A stretch of 64,000 bases of DNA from Clostridia bacterium (lineage in GTDB: Bacteria; Bacillota; Clostridia; Christensenellales; SZUA-584), in contig JABGQS010000011.1 in NCBI GenBank assembly GCA_018648645.1, forward strand, positions 1,328-65,327. Reading direction: 5' to 3'. Every line of letters starts with the position of its first letter. Within the stretch, counting starts at the first letter, position 1. Position numbers and translations under genes: made by a program. This document shows positions 55,657 to 64,000 of this stretch, piece after piece. A model generated the notes under the pieces. The model made no database searches, was not told the DNA's origin, and saw only the letters and a program-made list of their open reading frames with translations.

Positions 55657-56370
55657 CTAATTTTTCTTGCCGGTTTTCATTTTACGTTTCAATACAATAA
55701 TTACCGCCACCGCCGCCAACAGCATCGCACCAACCACGCCAAGTATGATATAAAGCACCGTGTTGCTGCTTCCCTTCTGCTCCGACTGCGCGCTTTTCTC
55801 GCCGGCTTGCTCACTGGTTTTTTGTGGTTGCTCATCATCTGCGTCCTCGTCCACAGCGATTGCAATCAGCTCGGGCGAAGGCTCGAGTGTCGGCTCGAGC
55901 GTCGGTTCGGGTGTCGGCTCTACCGTCGGTTCGGGTGTCGGCTCGGGCGAAGGCTCGGGCGAAGGTGTCGGCGGGGCGTTTATAGTAACCGTAACTGTAT
56001 TGGTTTCAATAGTTTTATAATCGCCGTAGGCTCCGGCAAAAACTTTAAACTTTACGCCAAATTCCCCTGCAGCATTAAAAACTTTTATAACCGGTATGTC
56101 AACACTTTCGCCGTCTTCCACCGTTTCGTTATATTCCGCAATAACTCCGCCTCTCGTATTCGAAATATGAATTTCCTCCAGATCCCAACTTCCGGTATTC
56201 ACTATATGCACTGTGAATTGAACCTCATCGCCAACCATATTCTTCCGTCTGTTTACTGAAAGACTTGCTGTAAAATCAATTCCGATGGCGAATGCTGTCA
56301 ATGCAAATGCAGATATAATTGCAGTTACTATAATTACCACAGCTATCGATCTGAACATCCTTTTTTTCAT
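55657..56370 (-). CDS. Small membrane-anchored surface protein with one CARDB/Ig-like domain and a PEPT linker (paralog 3)
   Basis: Signal peptide, 'MVGDEVQFTVHIVNTGS', 'ETNTVTVTINAP', (PEPT)n linker, acidic segment, TM helix and basic tail. Confidence 0.75.
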   Translation of the reverse strand: MKKRMFRSIAVVIIVTAIISAFALTAFAIGIDFTASLSVNRRKNMVGDEVQFTVHIVNTGSWDLEEIHISNTRGGVIAEYNETVEDGESVDIPVIKVFNAAGEFGVKFKVFAGAYGDYKTIETNTVTVTINAPPTPSPEPSPEPTPEPTVEPTPEPTLEPTLEPSPELIAIAVDEDADDEQPQKTSEQAGEKSAQSEQKGSSNTVLYIILGVVGAMLLAAVAVIIVLKRKMKTGKKN

Positions 56371-56465
56371 TATAGTTCTCCCAAATCCAAATTGCGCGTG
56401 TCTTTGCCCCGCATGCAGGACAGTCTACGAAAAATAAACTTTTAGCGCGGCGCATTATACTGTTC

Positions 56466-57182
56466 TTATTCCTTTTTACCAATCTTCTTTTGGCGCATAA
56501 CAACGATTACTATCGCTGCCGCAATCAAAAGTGCACCGAGAACAGCGATTACAACGTAGAATCCGGTGTTGCTCTTCCCCTGATCAGTCTGCTCACTTAT
56601 CTCGTCGGCTTGCTCACTGGTTTTTTGTAGTTTGTCATCACCTGCATCCTCGTCCACAGCCACTGCGACCAACTCCGGTGTCGGCTCAGGTGTTGGCTCA
56701 AGCGTCGGCTCAGGTGTTGGCTCAAGCGTTGGCTCGGGTGTCGGCTCGGGTGTCGGCTCGGGCGTCGGTGTCGATGGGCTGTTTATTGTTACCGTAACGG
56801 TATTGGTTTCAACAGTCTTGTCACTAGTACCCCTTACTCCAACGACTTTAAACTTTACACCAAATTCGCCTGCAGATGAAAAGCTTTTTGTTACCGGCAT
56901 GTTGACAGTTTCTCCGGGAATTATACCAAGGTAAATCGCTATGGCTCCTCCTCCTCTGGTGTTGTAGATAGTAATAGATTCTATTCCAACACTATCAGAG
57001 ACATTTTTTACTTTTACATTAAATTCCACTGTATCACCGACATAGTAAGTCTTCCGACTGGTTATTGAAAGACTGGCAGTAAACTCCACAGGACTATCCG
57101 CAAATGCCGGGGTCACAGATAAAATGAATAGGACGGTAACCAAAATCGCCAAAATTGTTGCTCTGCATATTCTTTTTTTCAT
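56466..57182 (-). CDS. Small membrane-anchored surface protein with one CARDB/Ig-like domain and a PEPT linker (paralog 4)
   Basis: Same architecture ('YVGDTVEFNVKVKNVS', 'ETNTVTVTINSP'). ATG 57182 (MKKRIC...) is preceded by the conserved leader. ORF open to 57290. Confidence 0.75.
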   Translation of the reverse strand: MKKRICRATILAILVTVLFILSVTPAFADSPVEFTASLSITSRKTYYVGDTVEFNVKVKNVSDSVGIESITIYNTRGGGAIAIYLGIIPGETVNMPVTKSFSSAGEFGVKFKVVGVRGTSDKTVETNTVTVTINSPSTPTPEPTPEPTPEPTLEPTPEPTLEPTPEPTPELVAVAVDEDAGDDKLQKTSEQADEISEQTDQGKSNTGFYVVIAVLGALLIAAAIVIVVMRQKKIGKKE

Positions 57183-57404
57183 TTTCTTATCTCCCAAATC
57201 CAAATTGCATGTGTCTCTGCGTAGGATGCGAGTTAGTATTTTCTCTATAGAAAGTAACCTAATTATAACATAAATAATATTTATAGGCAAAACAGTGCAA
57301 TGCAGAGCTCGAGTACATCGTACATGCTTCCCCTAAGTGTTGTAAGAGAAATTGAAAAGATGATATACTGCAAAAGTAGGTAAGCGAAACGAAAGGACGA
57401 GAAT

Positions 57405-59942
57405 ATGAGTATTCAGCAAAAGGTAAGCACGGGGCTCAAGGGCTTTGACGATACCATCGACATGCTGCGGCTAGGTGACAATGTTGTCTGGCAAGTCGAC
57501 AGTGTTGAGGATTATAAGAAGTTGGTTGACCCCTATGTAAAGCAGGCGATTGCCGATAAGAGAAGGCTGGTGTATTTTCGATTTGGCGATCACGCGCCGC
57601 TGGTAGAGGCCACTGCTGATGTCGTGATTTACGAAGTGGACGCACAAATGGGCTTCGAAAGCTTTGCTTCGAGTATACATAACATTGCGGCAGACGAAGG
57701 CGAGATGGTATTTTACGTGTTCGATTGTTTGACCGATCTTGCCAAGCACTGGTACTCTGACCTGATGATCGGCAACTTTTTTAAAGTGACATGTCCGTTT
57801 CTTTATCAGCTCGATACCATCGCATATTTCGCGCTGATCCGCAACGCACATACTTACAGCACAATCGCCGGTATACGCGAGACAACGCAGCTGCTGCTAG
57901 ACCTTTATAGTGTAGACAACGACCTATACATCCACCCGCTCAAAGTGTGGAAGCGTTACTCGCCAACGATGTTTTTCCCGCATTTGATGAAAGGGCAGGA
58001 GGCAACGAGTGTTACGGCAAGCAGCGAAGCGGCTGCGCTGTTTTCCAGCGTTGACCGCAGCGGTAGACAGCTTGATTATTTCAGCAAAGTGCAAGAAGAG
58101 ATCGAATTGCTGCCGCAGAAACACAAAGAGCACAAACGGCTGTTGATGAACATGCTGATTGGCAGCGAGTCGCGCATGGTAGACCTGTGCGACAAATATT
58201 TCAGCCTTAAAGACTTACAGATGATTGCAAGCAGAGAGATTGGCACAGGACGCATTGGCGGCAAAAGCGTAGGTATGCTTATCGCGAGAAAAATTCTTGA
58301 AGTCGAGGGCGCAGACAAGTTCGCGCCGTTTATGGAGCCTCATGATTCGTATTTTCTCGGAGCGGATATATTTTATACCTATATTGTAGAAAACGGCTGG
58401 TGGGAGATGCGAACCAAACAGAAAACACCACAAGGGTATTACGAGCATGCCGGCGAGCTTAGGGAAAAGCTGCTGGTAGGGCGTTTCCCCGAAAACATAC
58501 AAGAACATTTTGTGCAGATGCTGGAGTATTTCGGGCAGTCGCCAATCATCGTGCGCTCAAGCTCGCTGCTGGAAGATAACTTCGGCAACGCGTTTGCAGG
58601 CAAATACGACAGCGTTTTTTGTGCGAATCAAGGCACACCTCACGAGCGCTTCGAAGCGTTCGAGAAAGCGGTGAAATTCGTTTATGCCAGCACAATGAAC
58701 GAAGACGCGCTTGCATATCGTATCAAACGCGGTCTGTTTGACAAAGACGAGCAGATGGCGATTTTGGTGCAGCGAGTGTCGGGCGACTATCGTCATGACG
58801 CGTTTTTCCCACACATCGCGGGGGTCGGCAACTCGTCCAATCTCTACGTTTGGGATTCCGGCATAGACATGGACGCAGGCATGCTGCGTATGGTGTTTGG
58901 TCTTGGCACGCGCGCAGTTGGCAGAACGGTAGGCGATTACGCAAAAATCGTTTGTCTCAGCGACCCCGGTGCCACGCCTCTTGTCGATTATGAGGACCAA
59001 AAGAAGTTTTCGCAGCACGAGGTAGATATACTATCGCTGGAGCAGAACGATCTCGTAGAGCGCCCGCTCGAGCAGATAATCGATTACGATATTAAGACCG
59101 ACTGGTCTCTGTTTGCCGGGATAGATCAAGCGACGGCGAATCGACTGCGTGAACTGGGGTATACCGACAGAAAACCGCCGTACATACTCGATTTTAAAAA
59201 GCTGCTCGCAGACACGCAGTTCCCTGCGCTGATGAAAGATATGCTGGCAACACTGTCGAAGGTTTATGACTATCCGGTCGATATAGAGTTTACCGCTAAC
59301 TTTACCGACGCCGACACATTCAAAGTCAACTTGGTGCAATGCCGCCCGTTGCAGACGCGCGGTCTCGGTAAAACGGTAACTTTCCCCGAACTAAAAAATC
59401 CACACGATTGTTTCATTTCGACAAACGGTGATTTTATGGGCGGCAACATTCGGCTCCCCATCGATTACATTGTGTATGTCGACACAGACAGCTATTTGAA
59501 ACAAACCGAGCAGGGCAAGTATACCGCGGCAAGGCAAATCGGCATCATCAACGCCGCGCTCAAAGAGCAAAGCGTGATGCTAGTCGGACCCGGCAGATGG
59601 GGCACAACCACACCATCGCTCGGCGTGCCCGTAAGCTTTTCCGAAATCAACAATATGTCGGTAATCTGCGAAGTAGCGTCTGTAGATGCAGGCTTTGTAC
59701 CCGAGCTTTCGTACGGCAGCCATTTCTTCCAAGACCTTGTGGAAACGGGTATATTCTACGTTGCCGTCTTTGACGGTAATGAAGGCGTGCATTTTAACCC
59801 GGACTACATCGCTCGCAAGAAAAACGTGATGAGCGAAATCGCGCAGGGTAGCGAGCACCTTGACGACGTAGTGCGAGTCTACGACACTAAAGGCATGCAA
59901 ATCTTCTCGGACATCGTGTCCCAGCGGCTGCTGTGTTTATAA
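57405..59942 (+). CDS. PEP/pyruvate-binding (PPDK_N / ATP-grasp-like) domain protein with an N-terminal KaiC/RecA-like domain lacking a Walker A motif
   Basis: 'IIVRSSSLLEDNFGNAFAGKYDS' and 'MAILVQRV' are typical of the PEP synthase / PPDK nucleotide-binding domain. The N-terminal 'TGLKGFDDTIDMLRLGDNVVWQV' resembles KaiC-type domains, but no GxxGxGK[ST] is present. Confidence 0.7.
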   Translation: MSIQQKVSTGLKGFDDTIDMLRLGDNVVWQVDSVEDYKKLVDPYVKQAIADKRRLVYFRFGDHAPLVEATADVVIYEVDAQMGFESFASSIHNIAADEGEMVFYVFDCLTDLAKHWYSDLMIGNFFKVTCPFLYQLDTIAYFALIRNAHTYSTIAGIRETTQLLLDLYSVDNDLYIHPLKVWKRYSPTMFFPHLMKGQEATSVTASSEAAALFSSVDRSGRQLDYFSKVQEEIELLPQKHKEHKRLLMNMLIGSESRMVDLCDKYFSLKDLQMIASREIGTGRIGGKSVGMLIARKILEVEGADKFAPFMEPHDSYFLGADIFYTYIVENGWWEMRTKQKTPQGYYEHAGELREKLLVGRFPENIQEHFVQMLEYFGQSPIIVRSSSLLEDNFGNAFAGKYDSVFCANQGTPHERFEAFEKAVKFVYASTMNEDALAYRIKRGLFDKDEQMAILVQRVSGDYRHDAFFPHIAGVGNSSNLYVWDSGIDMDAGMLRMVFGLGTRAVGRTVGDYAKIVCLSDPGATPLVDYEDQKKFSQHEVDILSLEQNDLVERPLEQIIDYDIKTDWSLFAGIDQATANRLRELGYTDRKPPYILDFKKLLADTQFPALMKDMLATLSKVYDYPVDIEFTANFTDADTFKVNLVQCRPLQTRGLGKTVTFPELKNPHDCFISTNGDFMGGNIRLPIDYIVYVDTDSYLKQTEQGKYTAARQIGIINAALKEQSVMLVGPGRWGTTTPSLGVPVSFSEINNMSVICEVASVDAGFVPELSYGSHFFQDLVETGIFYVAVFDGNEGVHFNPDYIARKKNVMSEIAQGSEHLDDVVRVYDTKGMQIFSDIVSQRLLCL

Positions 59943-59955
59943 CGAATTGAAACAT

Positions 59956-59985
59956 AAAAGGCTTGCATCCCTGCAAGTCTTTTTG
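59956..59985 (+). terminator. Rho-independent terminator
   Basis: aaaaggcttgca-tccc-tgcaagtcttttt. Confidence 0.7.
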
Positions 59986-60239
59986 TCTTTGTGACGAATT
60001 ATCTCTTTGAGTGATACTGCAAGTGTTTAGCATCGTTCAATAATGTCTAATATCGTAGGGTTATCTGCGGTTTTGAAGTGTCATCGTGTTATATCGTTAA
60101 GCCTTGTTTAGTATCTTTTTATATCTTCAAACACCAAACCTGTTATGTGCATAAAGTTAGTATTGGTCGTTTTATAAGTAATTTTGGTTACTAAATGCAG
60201 ATCATCCAGCTTGTCTTGCCCGATAGGATGCCCTGTTTT

Positions 60240-61715
60240 TTATGTTAGTACCTCAAGATATCTCCTATAATGTGCTTCCCAATCTTTTGTTCCTTCCGGC
60301 AGAAACGTTTTACATTTAAACGAGCGCTTGACCACTTGCCCAATTGTGCCTTGCTTCTCCAATGCGTCCGTTGCTTTTGCCTGCATCATCAAGTTTCCAA
60401 TAGCTGTTGCCTCTACCGGTCCGGATACAACCGGTCTGCCCATCGCATTGGCTGCAAGTTGATTAAGCAGCGCATTTTGTGAACCCCCTCCCAAAATGTG
60501 CACCACGTCTATCCTTTTGCCGAAAAGCGTTTCCAAAACATCGAACGCCTTTTTATAGCACATGACCAAGCTTTCAAATACCGTTCGGGCAATCTCACCT
60601 TTCGTTTGAGGTATGTGCTGTCTCGTGTCTTTGCAATAACGCCGGATCTTTCCAATCATGTCTTCAGCTTCAAAAAACACACTATCGTTTACATCAATCA
60701 ACGAGGCAAACGACCGAGCAGCTCTCGCCTCGCTTACAACTTCATCCCAGCTAATACTTTCGTTCTCATCCCATTGCTTCTTGCAATTTTGGATAATCCA
60801 AAGCCCCATGATGTTTTGCAGCAGCCGGGTATCGCCGGTCACAGTTCCTTCGTTGGAAAAGCCGTTATCATAAACAAAGTCGTTAATAATCGGCTTGCTT
60901 GGCAGTATACCCATCAGCGACCACGTTCCGGAAGATATAAACGCGACATTCTCATTCTCAACAGGCAGCGATGCCACCGCACAAGCCGTATCGTGCCCGC
61001 CGACACAAATAACGGGAACGTCATAATCTATACCGGCTTCTTGTAATATGAATGGCTTAATGCTCCCTTTTATCTCGCCGCTTTTTTGGATAGATGGCAG
61101 GAGAGAGTCTTTTATGCCCAGCATTTTTACAATTTGCTCAGACCATTTCCCCGTTTCACTATCCAGCATCTGCGTTGTCGAAGCGTGCGTATATTCACAG
61201 GAGACCTCTTGGCACAGCATGTATCCAAGCAAATCGGGCATAAGCAGCACCTTGTCTGCTTCCTTCAATCTGGTGTCATTCTCCAATACCATGCTATACA
61301 GCTGATAAAGCGTATTGTAGTCCTGGTTCGCAATTCCTGAGATATCGAAGGCGTAGCGATTGCCATACTTTTCGTGAAACGCTCGCATTCCCTTTGCGCC
61401 TCTCGGGTCACGATAAGCGTTTGGGTCACCTAATAACGCTCCATTTGCGTCAATCAGCCCAAAATCTACGCCCCAAGTGTCAATGCCGACACCTTGCAGT
61501 TTCCCCGCGTACTGTTCTGCGTATATTTTCAGTCCTTGCTTGATGTTCGCAAAAAGGCGATGGATATCCCAAAAATACCCATCACCCGATTTATAGTAAT
61601 CGTTTGTAAACCGATTTAACTCTTCGATCTCAATTATCTCTCCGTCAAAGCGACCAAGAATCGACCTGCCGCTGCTGGCGCCCAAATCAAAAGCGATGAA
61701 GTCTTGCTTTGGCAT
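60240..61715 (-). CDS. rhaB: FGGY-family sugar kinase, rhamnulokinase-like
   Basis: 'FIAFDLGASSGRSILGRFDG..ELNRFTN' closely matches the RhaB N-terminus. 'GGGSQN' C-terminal motif. Confidence 0.8.
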   Translation of the reverse strand: MPKQDFIAFDLGASSGRSILGRFDGEIIEIEELNRFTNDYYKSGDGYFWDIHRLFANIKQGLKIYAEQYAGKLQGVGIDTWGVDFGLIDANGALLGDPNAYRDPRGAKGMRAFHEKYGNRYAFDISGIANQDYNTLYQLYSMVLENDTRLKEADKVLLMPDLLGYMLCQEVSCEYTHASTTQMLDSETGKWSEQIVKMLGIKDSLLPSIQKSGEIKGSIKPFILQEAGIDYDVPVICVGGHDTACAVASLPVENENVAFISSGTWSLMGILPSKPIINDFVYDNGFSNEGTVTGDTRLLQNIMGLWIIQNCKKQWDENESISWDEVVSEARAARSFASLIDVNDSVFFEAEDMIGKIRRYCKDTRQHIPQTKGEIARTVFESLVMCYKKAFDVLETLFGKRIDVVHILGGGSQNALLNQLAANAMGRPVVSGPVEATAIGNLMMQAKATDALEKQGTIGQVVKRSFKCKTFLPEGTKDWEAHYRRYLEVLT

Positions 61716-61738
61716 TTACTCCGCCTCCCTATATCGCC

Positions 61739-63490
61739 TTATCCGTATATCGGACCAAAGTTTTTACACGCCATATAATCCGCGCTTTCTTTATTCTGTG
61801 TACCAAACGCGTTCCAACTGCTTGGTCTGAATATTTTGCCCTGTTCAACATTATGCATGTTCACAGGAATCCGAAGCATAGCTGCAAGCGAAATCAAATC
61901 AGCGCCGATGTGACCATAGCTGATCGCGCCATGGTTCGCACCCCAGTTCGCCATCACGCTATATACATCGGTGAATGCACCTTGCCCTGTAAGCCTTGGA
62001 GCAAACCAAGTTGTCGGCCATGTCGGGCTGGTGCGTGCTTCGAGAACGTCGTTAATATCGTCAGGCAAGTCTACAGTATACCCTTCAGCAATCTGTAGCA
62101 CGGGTCCGAGCCCCTTAACCAAATTCACTCTGGACATCGTGACGGGCATTTTCCCCTTTGTCTTGAAATGACTCGAGTAACCACCGCCTCTGAAATATTC
62201 CTTATCAGCTTGGCACCAGTCGGTCGCGTCAAGACATTTCTCCACTTCCTCGTCCGTTATATCCCAGAACGGTTTCATGGCAGGCTGCCCGTTTTTCTCT
62301 TGCTGTCCCGTTCCGTCAAGACACGTAGCACCCGAGTTGATGAGATGTATTACGCCGTTTTTGCCGTCTTCGGGCAGGTCTTTGCCTGTGACCCTCTTGA
62401 CAGCTTCGGGGCTCCAATACGTCCGCACGTCGCTGAATATGGACGCCGAGTTCGTTAGCAGCTGTCCAAACAGCATCGCTGTACCGTTCAAAGCGTCGTT
62501 CTCTGTTGCAAATACATATGGCGCTCTTTTGCCGTTCCAATCGAACGAGCTGCAAAGCATTGCTTCCACAAAATCAGCATTTGGGAAATGATCCGTCCAT
62601 TGACGCTGCCCTTGGAAACCGCCCGCGATTGCGTTGTGCCCCATGCCCTCTTCGTTGAATCCCATTTCCTTCAGCTTGTCGTTGCCACCCATCAAGTCTT
62701 TGGCAATCAGCGCACACTTTATTGTAAATTCCCACTCATAGTCCTTGCGCTCTCTGCTGCTTGGCTGCTTGTTGATATCTTTGCCTTCTTTGCAGTTTTG
62801 TTTTACCCAAGATAACGCTTTATCAAACTCGTCTTTATCGTATATTTCTTCTTCTATACGGCGCACATATTCGGTCATGTCAACCTGCTCGCACCGCATA
62901 CCAAGATAATCTTCAAAAAAACTTGGCTCTACCATCGAGCCTGCAATACCCATCGAAACGCTTCCGCAGCTTAGATAACTTTTGCCTTTCATTTGCCCAA
63001 CGGCGACCGCCGCACCCGCAAACCTAAGTATCTTTTCTTTCACGTCCTGCGGAATGCTGGTGTCATCGCTGTCCTGCACGTCGTGTCCGTAAATACCAAA
63101 CGCAGGCAAACCCTTTTGCGAATGTGCCGCAAGCACCGCCGCCAGATACACCGCGCCCGGTCGCTCTGTGCCGTTGAATCCCCATACCGCTTTTGGCAAC
63201 ATCGGATCCATATCCATCGTTTCGCTGCCGTAGCACCAGCATGGTGTCACAGTCAACGTCGCGCAAACACCTTCGCGTGCGAACTTGTCCGCGCACTGCG
63301 CTGCCTCAACAACGCCGCCGATGGTTGTGTCCGCAATCACGCACTCTACTGCGTTGCCTTCTCTATCTTTAAGGCTGCTCGAAATCAACGCAGCCGCAGA
63401 CTTTGCCATGTCCATCGTCTGCACTTCAAGCGCTTCTCTTACTCCTCGTTCTCTGCCGTCTATAGTTGGTCGTATTCCGATTTTTGTCAT
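61739..63490 (-). CDS. fucI: L-fucose isomerase
   Basis: '[17 protein letters not shown]' N-terminus, a length of about 580 aa and the '[13 protein letters not shown]' region are typical of FucI. Confidence 0.85.
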   Translation of the reverse strand: MTKIGIRPTIDGRERGVREALEVQTMDMAKSAAALISSSLKDREGNAVECVIADTTIGGVVEAAQCADKFAREGVCATLTVTPCWCYGSETMDMDPMLPKAVWGFNGTERPGAVYLAAVLAAHSQKGLPAFGIYGHDVQDSDDTSIPQDVKEKILRFAGAAVAVGQMKGKSYLSCGSVSMGIAGSMVEPSFFEDYLGMRCEQVDMTEYVRRIEEEIYDKDEFDKALSWVKQNCKEGKDINKQPSSRERKDYEWEFTIKCALIAKDLMGGNDKLKEMGFNEEGMGHNAIAGGFQGQRQWTDHFPNADFVEAMLCSSFDWNGKRAPYVFATENDALNGTAMLFGQLLTNSASIFSDVRTYWSPEAVKRVTGKDLPEDGKNGVIHLINSGATCLDGTGQQEKNGQPAMKPFWDITDEEVEKCLDATDWCQADKEYFRGGGYSSHFKTKGKMPVTMSRVNLVKGLGPVLQIAEGYTVDLPDDINDVLEARTSPTWPTTWFAPRLTGQGAFTDVYSVMANWGANHGAISYGHIGADLISLAAMLRIPVNMHNVEQGKIFRPSSWNAFGTQNKESADYMACKNFGPIYG

Positions 63491-63519
63491 AGTGCTCCCT
63501 TTCCCATCGCTTATTGTCT

Positions 63520-64000
63520 TTATCCGTAGTATTCGTCAACCGTCTCTTGCGCGATTTGCGCCCATCGCCATAGCCTCTCCGGCTCATGGTTCAGCGTGCT
63601 AATGTCCTTCATAATCAATTCGATGTTCGCGCCTTCGCTCTGCTCCAGCACCGCCAAAATCTCGCGCTTTGCCTGGGCTTCGTCAAAAGTGGATGTCACG
63701 AAAATAGCCGGATTCGGCTTTACGGACAACACACAAATGTCGCCGAGTTTATCTCTCATCATTTCGATATCTGCCCATGGGCTTGCCGATACTTTCCGCA
63801 GATTTGGTATTTTGCGAAGAATGTCCGACTTGAGATGCAGCGGTTCACAGCACCCGTAGTAGTTCAATCCAAAGTGTTTTAACCATTCCATGCTGAATTG
63901 GAGCGAAAAATCCCAATGCATTTGTGGAGACACATCCGAGAAAATCTGCGCGTTGCTACACCCCCAAAGCTGACCCAGCGGCGCATCCGTTCTCCATTTC
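63520..64000 (-). CDS. Hypothetical TIM-barrel/URO-D-like protein, 5'-truncated by the window edge
   Basis: The frame stays open from 63520 to the window end (upstream residues ..[22 protein letters not shown] precede the track's GTG). 'NYYGCCEPL' and 'VSASPWAD' resemble URO-D-family C-termini. Confidence 0.5.
   Translation of the reverse strand, partial: KWRTDAPLGQLWGCSNAQIFSDVSPQMHWDFSLQFSMEWLKHFGLNYYGCCEPLHLKSDILRKIPNLRKVSASPWADIEMMRDKLGDICVLSVKPNPAIFVTSTFDEAQAKREILAVLEQSEGANIELIMKDISTLNHEPERLWRWAQIAQETVDEYYG

Overview
The window looks like a chromosomal segment from a Bacillota (Clostridia-like) bacterium. This is inferred from Bacillus-type synteny (yaaO-like decarboxylase, tmk, holB, yaaT/ricT; secG, rnr, smpB, ssrA) and from SpoIID, dockerin and cohesin modules. 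All calls come from reading the sequence and the ORF track; no searches were run.

Layout:
- 1-2.07 kb: the AT-rich end of an integrative element or prophage (tyrosine integrase) inserted at the 3' end of the tmRNA gene.
- 2-28 kb: mostly housekeeping genes. These include the trans-translation cluster, a DNA-replication and nucleotide operon, an ABC-2 exporter operon with an embedded hyper-acidic membrane protein, NUDIX, GNAT, mnmA, an L,D-transpeptidase, fba, a small ferredoxin, mtlD and crcB.
- 28.2-28.5 kb: tRNA-Gly(CCC) followed by a roughly 160-bp tandem duplication that repeats the tRNA 3' end.
- 28.6-40 kb: an accessory-looking block. It holds a low-GC lipoprotein, a dockerin-bearing SpoIID paired with a cohesin-bearing membrane anchor, XRE, an MBL hydrolase, a cytochrome b5-like protein, two tandem paralogous Ig/CARDB-like surface proteins and a ZIP transporter.
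- 40.0-51.1 kb: the most interesting locus. It is an ArsR-headed, 13-gene, translationally coupled operon with the archaeal Mbx/MBS-type gene order: MrpEFG, MbhD, MnhB, MrpC, two antiporter-like subunits, then NuoH, B, C, D and I homologues. The [NiFe]-large-subunit homologue carries CxxE in place of both CxxC nickel-ligand motifs. The last (NuoI-like) subunit is fused to a GltD/SudA-type NAD(P)H-FAD oxidoreductase. I read this as a candidate ion-translocating respiratory complex of unknown chemistry.
- 51-64 kb: an orphan BcsA-like GT2-PilZ synthase, DUF427, an autoregulated wHTH gene, a second pair of paralogous surface proteins, a KaiC-like/PEP-utilising-domain protein and a fucose/rhamnose-type sugar cluster.

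No CRISPR array, rRNA or transposase was seen.
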